From: a virus | Lineage: Duplodnaviria; Caudoviricetes | IMG/VR virus record: IMGVR_UViG_3300020044_007046 | Location: 2,102-66,101 of that record | DNA: 64,000 nt | Reading direction: 5' to 3' (one strand) | Part shown: positions 24,143-32,776 of the stretch, piece by piece | How the letters are laid out: each line of letters opens with the position of its first letter | Position numbering within the stretch: the first letter of the stretch is position 1 | Translations under genes and position numbers: made by a program | Notes under the pieces: model-generated | Database searches by the model: none | The model's input: the letters and a program-made list of their open reading frames with translations, nothing else | What the model was told of the DNA's origin: nothing

Positions 24143-24466
24143 TTTTTCTCCTTAAAAATATATTATATCACAATGGCTTCATTAATGCAAGCCATATCCA
24201 CAATGGTGAAAAGGTTATTGCAACAAACAAGATAGCTTGCAAAATTTCTGTTATCAATTTCATGTTGGTTTCCCTTGTCATCATGTTTTCAATTATAGAT
24301 CAATGAAAATTTTTGTCAATACATTTGTTGAAATACAACATAGGTAGATTCCCTAATTGACCACGGGGGCGGTTATCAGACTATTTTTTACCCCACGCCT
24401 ATGGGCCCACCGACACGGCCTACATATGGGAAATTTCCAAAAACACTTGGGTGCCAAAATCCACAC

Positions 24467-24495
24467 TTGCCCTAAACCTGCTAAACTGGTATAAT
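24467..24495 (+). promoter_or_regulatory. Promoter for the packaging/late genes
   Basis: TTGCCC-17-TATAAT; the spacer contains CCTAAAC-like copies of the 13-bp motif. Confidence 0.65.
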
Positions 24496-24515
24496 CAACA
24501 CAAAAGGATACCTCT

Positions 24516-24989
24516 ATGACAACTCACCTGCCTGCAGAAACCGTACGAATCAGCCCCGAAGCACTGGAAGTAGCAAATGCCTATCTCCAGCTTAACGACG
24601 CCCGTGCAGTCGCCCAAGAACTAGACTTAGACCCTGAAGTGGTAACAAATCTCCTAGCTCGCCGTGAGGTCAAAACTTATATTGACTCAGTATTTTTCGA
24701 TAGTGGATACAACAACCGTTTTCTTATGCGACGTGCCATGGATGCACTAATCAAACAAAAGTTTCAGGAACTTGAGGAATCACAAACTGGATCAACTAAA
24801 GATATTGCCGAGCTACTACAAATGTCACACAAAATGTCAATGGATTTACTAGATCGCGAGATTGCCTTAGAAAAAGCACGTATGACAACTGCACCGCAAA
24901 AGCAAGTTAACGTTCAGATCAATGAAGGTCTAGACGGCAGCAAATACTCACAACTTGTGCAGCGCTTAATCACAGGAGAAGGCGTATGA
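24516..24989 (+). CDS. terS: Terminase small subunit (T5-like)
   Basis: ISPEALEVANAYL...VKTYIDSVFFDSGYNNR...KFQELEE...SHKMSM...QVNVQIN; position upstream of terL. Confidence 0.8.
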   Translation: MTTHLPAETVRISPEALEVANAYLQLNDARAVAQELDLDPEVVTNLLARREVKTYIDSVFFDSGYNNRFLMRRAMDALIKQKFQELEESQTGSTKDIAELLQMSHKMSMDLLDREIALEKARMTTAPQKQVNVQINEGLDGSKYSQLVQRLITGEGV

Positions 24990-25270
24990 AAAAGCTATTA
25001 CTTATCTTAGCACTACTACCTACCTTCGCATTTGCACAACACTACCATCACCACAATCATCGCCCACACTGGCGTTATCAAGGGGGTAATTGGCACTGGA
25101 TGGTTCCTGCAATTATTGGTGGTGTGGTAGTTTATGAGGCCACTAAACAGCCAGCCCCTCAACCGCCAATAGTTATCCAACAAACCCAAACTACCGAAAC
25201 CTGTGGCCCATGGACTGAGGTTCAAACACCTGATGGTAAAACATATCGCGAAAGAACTTGTCAGAAATAA
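24986..25270 (+). CDS. Small exported His/Pro-rich protein
   Basis: Signal peptide MKKLLLILALLPTFAFA, His-rich segment, C-terminal Cys pair. Confidence 0.6.
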   Translation: MKKLLLILALLPTFAFAQHYHHHNHRPHWRYQGGNWHWMVPAIIGGVVVYEATKQPAPQPPIVIQQTQTTETCGPWTEVQTPDGKTYRERTCQK

Positions 25271-26556
25271 TGCTAGTAGTCTCCCGACCCGAAGTTAACG
25301 TAGACGCCATAGTTGAGTTCGACCCTCAACAGCGGTTTATTAAGCTACCCATCACAAACTATCTCAAACTGCTTAATGTCTGGGACACAATCAATCGCCC
25401 ACAGATTGCACTAATCAATGCAGTTAATGATCCCAAGTACCGTTTTATCTGTGCTGCCTTGGCTCGACGATTGGGCAAAACTTACATTGCCAATATTATT
25501 GGTCAGTTAGTAACACTGGTCCCAGGATCAAATGTACTAATAATTTCCCCTAACTATAACCTTTCAAGTATCTCATTTGAACTCCAACGCAAACTCATCA
25601 AGCATTTCGACCTCGAAGTCGCACGTGATAACCTCAAAGACAAAATTATCGAGTTATCAAATGGCAGTACCATTCGTATGGGTTCTCTTGGTACCGTTGA
25701 TAGTACTGTTGGCCGATCGTATGACTTAATCATATTTGACGAGGCTGCACTTGGTGAAGGGGGTGAAGCAGCCTTTAATGTGGCACTGCGCCCCACGCTA
25801 GACAAACCACAAGCCAAAGCTATTTTTATATCGACCCCACGTGGTCGTAACAACTGGTTTAGTCAATTTTGGAATCGTGGCTTCCAAGAAGATTTCCCCG
25901 AGTGGATTAGCCTACAAGCTGATTACACTGAAAATACCCGTATGGCTGAATCGGATGTTGCGGAAGCCCGCAGGTCTATGTCAAAAGCCGAATTTGAACA
26001 AGAATACCTGGCCTCATTTACTGTGTTTGAGGGTCAGATTTATGCACTAAAAGAAGAAGATGTTTGTGAAATTCCCGAAGACCTCAAAGGCGAGGCATTT
26101 GCTGGGTGCGACCCTGGTTACCGAGACGCTACTGCTCATTGCACTATCGTGTATGATTGGAACCGTGATTGCTTTTTTATTGTCGACGAATACTTAAAGT
26201 CAGAAGTTACCACGCAGGAACATGCTGCGGCGTTTACTGAGTTCAATGATCGGCACGGTGTTGAAGTAACTTTTATTGATAGTGCAGCTGCACAGTTTGC
26301 TTCGGACCTGGCTTATCTTTACAACATTTCAACCACCAAAGCCAAAAAAGACGTATTACCCGGCATTGCTTATGTGCAAACCTTACTACAACAAGGCCGA
26401 TTAAAGGTAGCTCCTCATTGTACCAATGTACGCGCTATGTTTGACCAATATCGCTGGGATCAACGCGAGGGGCTCCAACGTGAACGTCCCATGCATGATC
26501 AATATAGTCACATGGCCGACGCAGTGCGCTATGCACTGTATACTTATACCGTATAA
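25270..26556 (+). CDS. terL: Terminase large subunit
   Basis: ARRLGKT Walker A, IIFDEAA Walker B, ISTPRG, CDPG and HMADAVRY nuclease motifs. Confidence 0.95.
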   Translation: MLVVSRPEVNVDAIVEFDPQQRFIKLPITNYLKLLNVWDTINRPQIALINAVNDPKYRFICAALARRLGKTYIANIIGQLVTLVPGSNVLIISPNYNLSSISFELQRKLIKHFDLEVARDNLKDKIIELSNGSTIRMGSLGTVDSTVGRSYDLIIFDEAALGEGGEAAFNVALRPTLDKPQAKAIFISTPRGRNNWFSQFWNRGFQEDFPEWISLQADYTENTRMAESDVAEARRSMSKAEFEQEYLASFTVFEGQIYALKEEDVCEIPEDLKGEAFAGCDPGYRDATAHCTIVYDWNRDCFFIVDEYLKSEVTTQEHAAAFTEFNDRHGVEVTFIDSAAAQFASDLAYLYNISTTKAKKDVLPGIAYVQTLLQQGRLKVAPHCTNVRAMFDQYRWDQREGLQRERPMHDQYSHMADAVRYALYTYTV

Positions 26557-26576
26557 TGGTTCAAAAAATTTGTGCA

Positions 26577-26605
26577 TTGACTTTTGGTTGCTGTTCTGCT
26601 ATAAT
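26577..26605 (+). promoter_or_regulatory. Sigma70-type promoter for the head genes
   Basis: TTGACT-17-TATAAT. Confidence 0.7.
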
Positions 26606-26628
26606 AAGTGGAAATTTAGAATAATTTT

Positions 26629-27060
26629 ATGGCAAAAAATACAAACAAGCGAATACCAGTCAAATGGGTTCGTGACAGAGCCAAAGCAGCTTACGAGAAA
26701 AAATCGAGCTGCTACATTTGCGAGACTAGTGCGGACTTAGAGCTGCACCACCTGCATTCAGTTACAATACTCTTGGATAAATGGTCTGAGGCTAAGGGAT
26801 ACGACATTTCAACCGACGACGGCATTTTAGCTGTGCGAGATGAATTTATTGCTGAGCATCGTACTGAGTTATATGATCAAGTTTACACCCTTTGTAATCG
26901 TCATCATGTAGCACTACACGGTGTTTACGGTAAAGCTCCTCGACCTGGTAGTGAACCCAAACAAGCACACTGGATCGAATCGCAAAAGGCCAAGTTCGCT
27001 GGAGGTGAAACTGTTGTTCCGCCTAAAAGCTTTGGTAGTTTTTTCTCGGAGTTTACTTAA
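26629..27060 (+). CDS. HNH nicking endonuclease (T5-type, between terL and portal)
   Basis: CYICE...LELHHLH...TLCNRHHVALHGVYGK; same position as the T5 nicking endonuclease. Confidence 0.8.
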   Translation: MAKNTNKRIPVKWVRDRAKAAYEKKSSCYICETSADLELHHLHSVTILLDKWSEAKGYDISTDDGILAVRDEFIAEHRTELYDQVYTLCNRHHVALHGVYGKAPRPGSEPKQAHWIESQKAKFAGGETVVPPKSFGSFFSEFT

Positions 27061-27069
27061 GGGAAAACT

Positions 27070-28245
27070 ATGGCAAGATTTACAGACTGGATTCGCGAAA
27101 AGCTGAATCCAGCACAAGAACGAATTTATACAAACGAAGGTACACAAGTTGGTACTGAAGCGAAGCTTACTTACAAGATGGCTTTTAAGCGTTTGGAGTC
27201 TGTTAACCGCTCGGTTAATATGTTGGCATCGGCCTGCGCTAGTTTAGATTACGATATCAAAGACAAGCTAAACGAAGGCGTTGCAATTGGCGTACGTCAA
27301 AAGTCGCTGAACACACTGCTTAACTTCAGACCAAACCCATACCAAACCGCACAAGATTTTCGCCAAGCACTATTCACAGACTTTATCCTAGAAGGTAATG
27401 CATTTGTACACTTTGATGGTGTGTTTATGTATCACCTGCCTGCATCGGATGTAGAAATCTTAACAAGCGCAAAAACCTTTATTAGCGGTTACCGCTTTAA
27501 CGGTGCTGTGGATTTTAAAGAATCAGAAGTGTTCTACTTTCGCGATTTGAATTCAGATTCGATCTATCGTGGTAGTTCGCGGCTAGAGTCGGCACAAAAG
27601 TCGATTAGTACTTTATACTCCATGCAGCAGTTTCAAGAACAGTTCTTTGATAACGGTGCTGTGTTTGGACTTGTGCTTACATCAGAAAACACACTTTCGC
27701 AAATTGCCAAAGAAAAAACAATTCAGTATTGGTTACAAAAGTACTCAGCCAAGCAAGGCGGCAAGCGCCCTGTGATCTTGGATTCGGGACTTAAGCCTGC
27801 ACAGGTATCTAACCAAAATTTCAAAGACATGGATTTTGACCTTTCAATCAAAACCCATAGCGAACGTATTATGCAAGCAATTGGTGTACCTCCTATTTTA
27901 ATGGCTGGTGGCAACAATGCTAACATCTCGCCTAATCTTCGCTTATTTTATCTTGAAACAGTAATGCCTATTAATCGTAGATTTATTAGTGCTGTTGAAA
28001 GATACTTCGGATATGATGTTGAGGCTATTACAAGCTCAGTTTCCGCACTACAACCAGAACTAAAAGATATTGCTGCCTATCATTCGACACTTGTCAATGC
28101 AGGCATCATAACAGCTAACGAAGCACGTGAAGAATTACGTTATGACAAGAAAACTGGTCATGACGAAATAAGAATACCAGCTAATATTGCTGGTTCGGCT
28201 GCTGATCCGTCGCAAGGTGGAAAGCCAAAAGATAATCAGCAATAA
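27070..28245 (+). CDS. Portal protein (HK97/T5 type)
   Basis: RPNPYQT, DFILEGNAF, FFDNGA, ILDSGLK, IGVPPIL, ITANEAREEL. Confidence 0.95.
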   Translation: MARFTDWIREKLNPAQERIYTNEGTQVGTEAKLTYKMAFKRLESVNRSVNMLASACASLDYDIKDKLNEGVAIGVRQKSLNTLLNFRPNPYQTAQDFRQALFTDFILEGNAFVHFDGVFMYHLPASDVEILTSAKTFISGYRFNGAVDFKESEVFYFRDLNSDSIYRGSSRLESAQKSISTLYSMQQFQEQFFDNGAVFGLVLTSENTLSQIAKEKTIQYWLQKYSAKQGGKRPVILDSGLKPAQVSNQNFKDMDFDLSIKTHSERIMQAIGVPPILMAGGNNANISPNLRLFYLETVMPINRRFISAVERYFGYDVEAITSSVSALQPELKDIAAYHSTLVNAGIITANEAREELRYDKKTGHDEIRIPANIAGSAADPSQGGKPKDNQQ

Positions 28246-28256
28246 AAGGGGTATTT

Positions 28257-30221
28257 ATGGTAGATAAAAATAAAGTGCTGTATGTAAACAGTTCTTTTAC
28301 TAAGAGTGAACCTACTACCACAGACGAAAGCGTTGAAATGTTAACCATTAAAGGTTACGCTTCAACTACTGACGTTGATAGACAGGGCGATATTGTTCCT
28401 GTAAGCGTTTGGGAAAAAGGTATTCAAAATTACTTGAAAAATCCAGTAATTTTAGCATACCATAATCACAGCGCTCCTATCGGTAGAATGACAGAGCACA
28501 AGGTTGATGAAAAAGGATTGCTTGTAAAAGCACGAATTTCTTCTGCAGCCGGTGACGTTTATAAACTAGTAAAAGACGGTGTACTCACAGCTTTTAGTAT
28601 CGGATTTCGCATTGTAGATGCGGAGTACAATTCAGCTGCAGAGCTGTTTGTGGTAAAGGAGTTGGAGCTGCACGAAATTTCAGTAGTGTCAGTACCTGCA
28701 AATCAAAACACATTATTTAGTCTCTCTAAGTCGTTTGAAAACGACGAAGAATTTAAATCTTTCAAAATGCAGTTTGCACCCAAAAGCGAATCAGCTAAAG
28801 GGCTAGAATCCTCTACGGAAGCGAACAGCGATGTTACAAAGGAATGGAAAATGGATCCAAAACAATTAGAACAAATGTTAGCTGATGCAGCTAGCAAAGC
28901 GGCTGAGCAAACTGCTAAAGCCATCGGAGAAAAGCAAGCTAAAGATGCTGCTGAGAAATTAGCTGCTGAAAAAGCTACTGCTGATATCGACGCACGCGTT
29001 AAAGCCGCTGTTGCAGCTATCTCCACTGTTGACACTGGTGCTGAAAAGCTCTTGGCTGAAGTCGAGAAGCGTTTGGCCTCTGCTGAAGAAACAAACAAAT
29101 CCGTGATCGCTGGTTTGGAGTCTGCTCTTAAAGAGAAGGCTGCTGAAATCGAAGCAATCACAAAGTCAAAAATGTCTTTTGCAGACACAAAAGCTGCTGG
29201 TGACGGTTTGACATATGCTGAAAAAGAGAAGGCAATCTTGTTGTCAAAGATGTCTGGTAAGTCTGTTGAAAGCACACGTACCGGCCGCGCTTTGATCGAG
29301 AAAGCTTCTGGCTATACTGCTGGTGACGTATCTACAACTGGTGCACACCTGCCAAGCGGTATCTGGGAAACTGAAGTTTCTATGAACATGGAAGCTGAGA
29401 TTCGTCGTCGTTTAGTCGTTTCTCCTATCTTCCGTAACATCGCTATGCAAACCAACGTGATGACTATGCCTGTTAACCCAGAAGCTGGTTTAGCACAGTG
29501 GGTTCAGAACGCTGGTTTCGGTACTAGCGCTTCTGCTGGTAACACAGCTACTCATCAGCTCAAAGAAATCACTTTGAACGCATATAAAGTTGCTACTAAC
29601 GAGTACACTGCATATGAAGAAGAAGAAGATGCTTTGTTGGCTTTGATGCCCGTGATTCGTGATGGTATGATCCGTCGTGTTGCACGCGCTGTTGATAAGG
29701 CCTTCTTGTTAGGTGCTGGCGCTGGTGCTGACCCCGTCAAAGGTTTGGCTAACTGGGCTACTAACACCACTGCCACTGGCAACACCGTTGCTGCCGGCAT
29801 GACAGTTGCTAAGTTGCGCACATTGCGTCAAGGTTTGGGTGTTTGGGGTCTCGATCCCGCTGAAGTTATCTTCATCGTTAACACCGACGCCTACTACCAG
29901 TTGTTAGAAGATCCTATCTTCCAAACTATGGACAAAGTTGGTGCACAAGCTACCGTGTTGACAGGTCAAATCGGTCAAGTTGGTGGAAGCCCCGTGTTGG
30001 TGTCTGCTGAGTATGCAGCCCCCGGTACAGGTGTTACAGGTGCTATCGCTGTTAACCCAGGAAACTTCTTGGTTGGTAACCAGCGTGGTCTCCGCATCGA
30101 CACACAAGAGTTAGTTGAGACACAGCGTCGCGTTATGGTGGCTAGCCTCCGTACCGGCATGACTCAAGTTACTACTGCACAAGGTACAGGCGTAACAGCT
30201 CACAAGTACACAGCATCCTAA
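28257..30221 (+). CDS. Prohead protease fused in frame to the major capsid protein (HK97 fold)
   Basis: N-terminal GYAST.DVDRQGD...HNH..PIG...FSIGF...EISVVSVPANQ, then a coiled-coil scaffold (delta) region and the capsid domain; no intervening stop. Confidence 0.9.
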   Translation: MVDKNKVLYVNSSFTKSEPTTTDESVEMLTIKGYASTTDVDRQGDIVPVSVWEKGIQNYLKNPVILAYHNHSAPIGRMTEHKVDEKGLLVKARISSAAGDVYKLVKDGVLTAFSIGFRIVDAEYNSAAELFVVKELELHEISVVSVPANQNTLFSLSKSFENDEEFKSFKMQFAPKSESAKGLESSTEANSDVTKEWKMDPKQLEQMLADAASKAAEQTAKAIGEKQAKDAAEKLAAEKATADIDARVKAAVAAISTVDTGAEKLLAEVEKRLASAEETNKSVIAGLESALKEKAAEIEAITKSKMSFADTKAAGDGLTYAEKEKAILLSKMSGKSVESTRTGRALIEKASGYTAGDVSTTGAHLPSGIWETEVSMNMEAEIRRRLVVSPIFRNIAMQTNVMTMPVNPEAGLAQWVQNAGFGTSASAGNTATHQLKEITLNAYKVATNEYTAYEEEEDALLALMPVIRDGMIRRVARAVDKAFLLGAGAGADPVKGLANWATNTTATGNTVAAGMTVAKLRTLRQGLGVWGLDPAEVIFIVNTDAYYQLLEDPIFQTMDKVGAQATVLTGQIGQVGGSPVLVSAEYAAPGTGVTGAIAVNPGNFLVGNQRGLRIDTQELVETQRRVMVASLRTGMTQVTTAQGTGVTAHKYTAS

Positions 30222-30239
30222 TCAGATAGTGTAATTGCT

Positions 30240-30265
30240 AACAAGACCCTTCGGGGTCTTGTTTT
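30240..30265 (+). terminator. Terminator after the capsid gene
   Basis: AACAAGACCC-TTCG-GGGTCTTGTTTT. Confidence 0.85.
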
Positions 30266-30308
30266 ATAAAGGTATATCTTGTGCCTTTATAAAACAAGTG
30301 AGGTATTT

Positions 30309-30875
30309 ATGGCAACAGATTTAGTTACAAAAGCTGAATACAAAACTTACATGGGAATTACCAGCACAAATTCAGATTCAGAAATTGATTTTTTAATACC
30401 CAAAGTCAGCGACTTGGTAAAATCATACTGCCGTCGTACCTTTGTAGACTTCTACAGCGACATTAAGGTTGAAGTTTTTGATGGTGGGTTTCGCGAGATC
30501 TTGCTAAAAGAAACTCCCGTTGTAAGTATTAGTTCAGTAGGCTATAGCGAAGACTATGGCAAAACATATACAAACTTAGTAAAATTTACCGACTGGGTTC
30601 AAAAAGGCGACTCAGTTGTAAGTATTAAGACACCTATATTTGAAGAAGCAATTAACGGATATCGTGTAAGTTACTTTGGTGGATACGATCCTATTCCTGG
30701 AGACTTAAAACTAGCCGTCTTGGATTTAATTGAGTATTACTCGCGCAACAATGGCGCCGTACATAGTAGTCGCGATTTAAATCCTAACACTACGCAAATT
30801 AATTATGTTGCATCTACTAATTTACCCGCTACTATTAAGCGTGTTTTAGATCAGTACGTGGCGGACTTTACATAA
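30309..30875 (+). CDS. Head completion / head-tail connector protein
   Basis: LVTKAEYKTYMGI...LIPKVSDLVKSYC...PGDLKLAVLDLI..Y; position after the capsid gene. Confidence 0.75.
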   Translation: MATDLVTKAEYKTYMGITSTNSDSEIDFLIPKVSDLVKSYCRRTFVDFYSDIKVEVFDGGFREILLKETPVVSISSVGYSEDYGKTYTNLVKFTDWVQKGDSVVSIKTPIFEEAINGYRVSYFGGYDPIPGDLKLAVLDLIEYYSRNNGAVHSSRDLNPNTTQINYVASTNLPATIKRVLDQYVADFT

Positions 30876-32257
30876 TGGCATCAAGGCAAGTAACTTTAGA
30901 TGATTTAATAAATAGTCTAGATCCTGAAATAAAAACTTTATTACAGGAAGATACTAGAAAAGTGCTGGACAAACGACCAACTATTCTTGATATAAGTTAT
31001 AATAGCCTATTAGTTAACAACAAGGATAGCGTACAAGATTTTAAAATATTTCATAAAACGCTATTACAAGTAGTAAAAGAAAAAGCGCCTAGGTCTTATA
31101 GCTCAATAGAATCAATTCCTAGAGGATACTTTCAAGGATCTACCCCTTATTTAATTTACATAGATGGTGGCCCGGATAGGCAGTTTCTTATTGGAAAATC
31201 TGTAGATCCAATAAGAAAGTTTGTAACCGATAAAATATCAAAAGATCCACGACTTGTGGACAGTATATTTGGCGTGCGGAAAGAAGAAACAGAAATATTA
31301 AACCGAAAAGGCATCCCTACAGGAGATGTAAAAACTAAACTTATTAGTAAGGCAGATATTGGGCACGCAGCAACAGAAGGCGAACTAGCGCCAGTCGCCG
31401 TATCTCCTTTAGCTTATAAACTTTATGGTTTAATAGAATACGGAGAACTTACTGGCAGCCCTGTTTTAAAGTATGCTACAGATGCGCTAAACAAACTCTA
31501 CGCCCTACAAGCAGATATACAGTATAGTTTTAAGAATAATGCTCCAGAGGTTATACAGTCAGGTGAAAAAACTTTAGGTGATCTTTTTGTTGTTGTAACT
31601 TTACATACTTCTGACCTAAACCAACAATTTTCTGAACAAGAAAAACAGATATTTTTTGATCTTCGACGAAAGATTGCTCTAATGGCAAATAAAGCTATTA
31701 GAGATAAGTTCTTGATGCAAAACATTGAGGGCTCTAATACTATAGCTCAAGATATTGAACAGGGCTTAGTAAATATATTAAAAACTGGTAAAGTTAATTT
31801 AGCAAAACACACGCCTAATAAAGGCAAATCTAAAAAAGAACAGATAAATGTAGATAAGACACCAAACACTACTAAAAAATTAGTTTCTAAGGTATCTAAA
31901 CAAGGTTCCGTTACTAAGCCCCCACCTAATGCAAATCTAATTAATTTAGCTGTATTGATTAATAGTCAATTACAAGATGTAATTAGTGCAAATATGGGAG
32001 ACGGTAGTAGTCGTAGTGTTTTAAATTATCGCACAGGTAGATTTGCTAGTACTGTTAAAGTAGAGCAACTATCTATAAGTAGACAGGGAATGATTACAGC
32101 TTTTTATTCGTATATGAAAAATCCGTACGCAACATTTAGTACTGGAGGTAGACAGTCCATTCCTAAAAGTCGAGACCCTAAGCTATTAATTTCTAAGTCA
32201 ATTAGAGAAATTGCACAGCAAGTAGTATCTAATAGTTTAAGGACTATAGCATTATGA
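30875..32257 (+). CDS. Putative tail completion protein
   Basis: C-terminal LNYRTGRFA...YMKNPYATF...DP.LLI.KSIREIA; T5-like gene order. Confidence 0.6.
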   Translation: MASRQVTLDDLINSLDPEIKTLLQEDTRKVLDKRPTILDISYNSLLVNNKDSVQDFKIFHKTLLQVVKEKAPRSYSSIESIPRGYFQGSTPYLIYIDGGPDRQFLIGKSVDPIRKFVTDKISKDPRLVDSIFGVRKEETEILNRKGIPTGDVKTKLISKADIGHAATEGELAPVAVSPLAYKLYGLIEYGELTGSPVLKYATDALNKLYALQADIQYSFKNNAPEVIQSGEKTLGDLFVVVTLHTSDLNQQFSEQEKQIFFDLRRKIALMANKAIRDKFLMQNIEGSNTIAQDIEQGLVNILKTGKVNLAKHTPNKGKSKKEQINVDKTPNTTKKLVSKVSKQGSVTKPPPNANLINLAVLINSQLQDVISANMGDGSSRSVLNYRTGRFASTVKVEQLSISRQGMITAFYSYMKNPYATFSTGGRQSIPKSRDPKLLISKSIREIAQQVVSNSLRTIAL

Positions 32258-32694
32258 CAAAAAGAATTAGTATTGTAACAGCCCTGGCTGAAAAATTTAA
32301 ATTAATAGATGGTAATCCTCCTTATAGTACCGATCTATTTGATAATAGCTACCCTAAGCTTAAATTCTGGGATGAAGTTCAGGATTTTCCTTGCGTATAT
32401 CTTACGCCTGGCACAGAAATCCGCGAATATCACCCAGCCGATTTTACTTGGGGTATGTTAAACGTAAACGTTAAAGTGTATGTTCGCAGTGAAAACGAAG
32501 CGCAACAGCAGCTGGAAGATTTAATTAACGATCTCGAAACTGTAATTAACGCTAATCGTGTATTAGTATATGACGTTACTAATAACCTTTCAACAACTGA
32601 AATATTAATTCAGTCTATAACTACTGACGAAGGGCTATTAGCTCCTTATGGTGTCGGTGAAATCAATCTACAAGTGCGCTACGCATTGGTATAA
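32254..32694 (+). CDS. Tail terminator protein
   Basis: KLKFWDEVQDFP...I.SITTDEGLLAPYGVGEI; immediately upstream of the tail tube gene. Confidence 0.75.
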   Translation: MTKRISIVTALAEKFKLIDGNPPYSTDLFDNSYPKLKFWDEVQDFPCVYLTPGTEIREYHPADFTWGMLNVNVKVYVRSENEAQQQLEDLINDLETVINANRVLVYDVTNNLSTTEILIQSITTDEGLLAPYGVGEINLQVRYALV

Positions 32695-32776
32695 CTCGGA
32701 ACTATAACAAGTACGACAACAGATAAATATCTAGTCAGAGTGCTTAAATATTTCCAAAAATCATAAAGGAAAGAGT

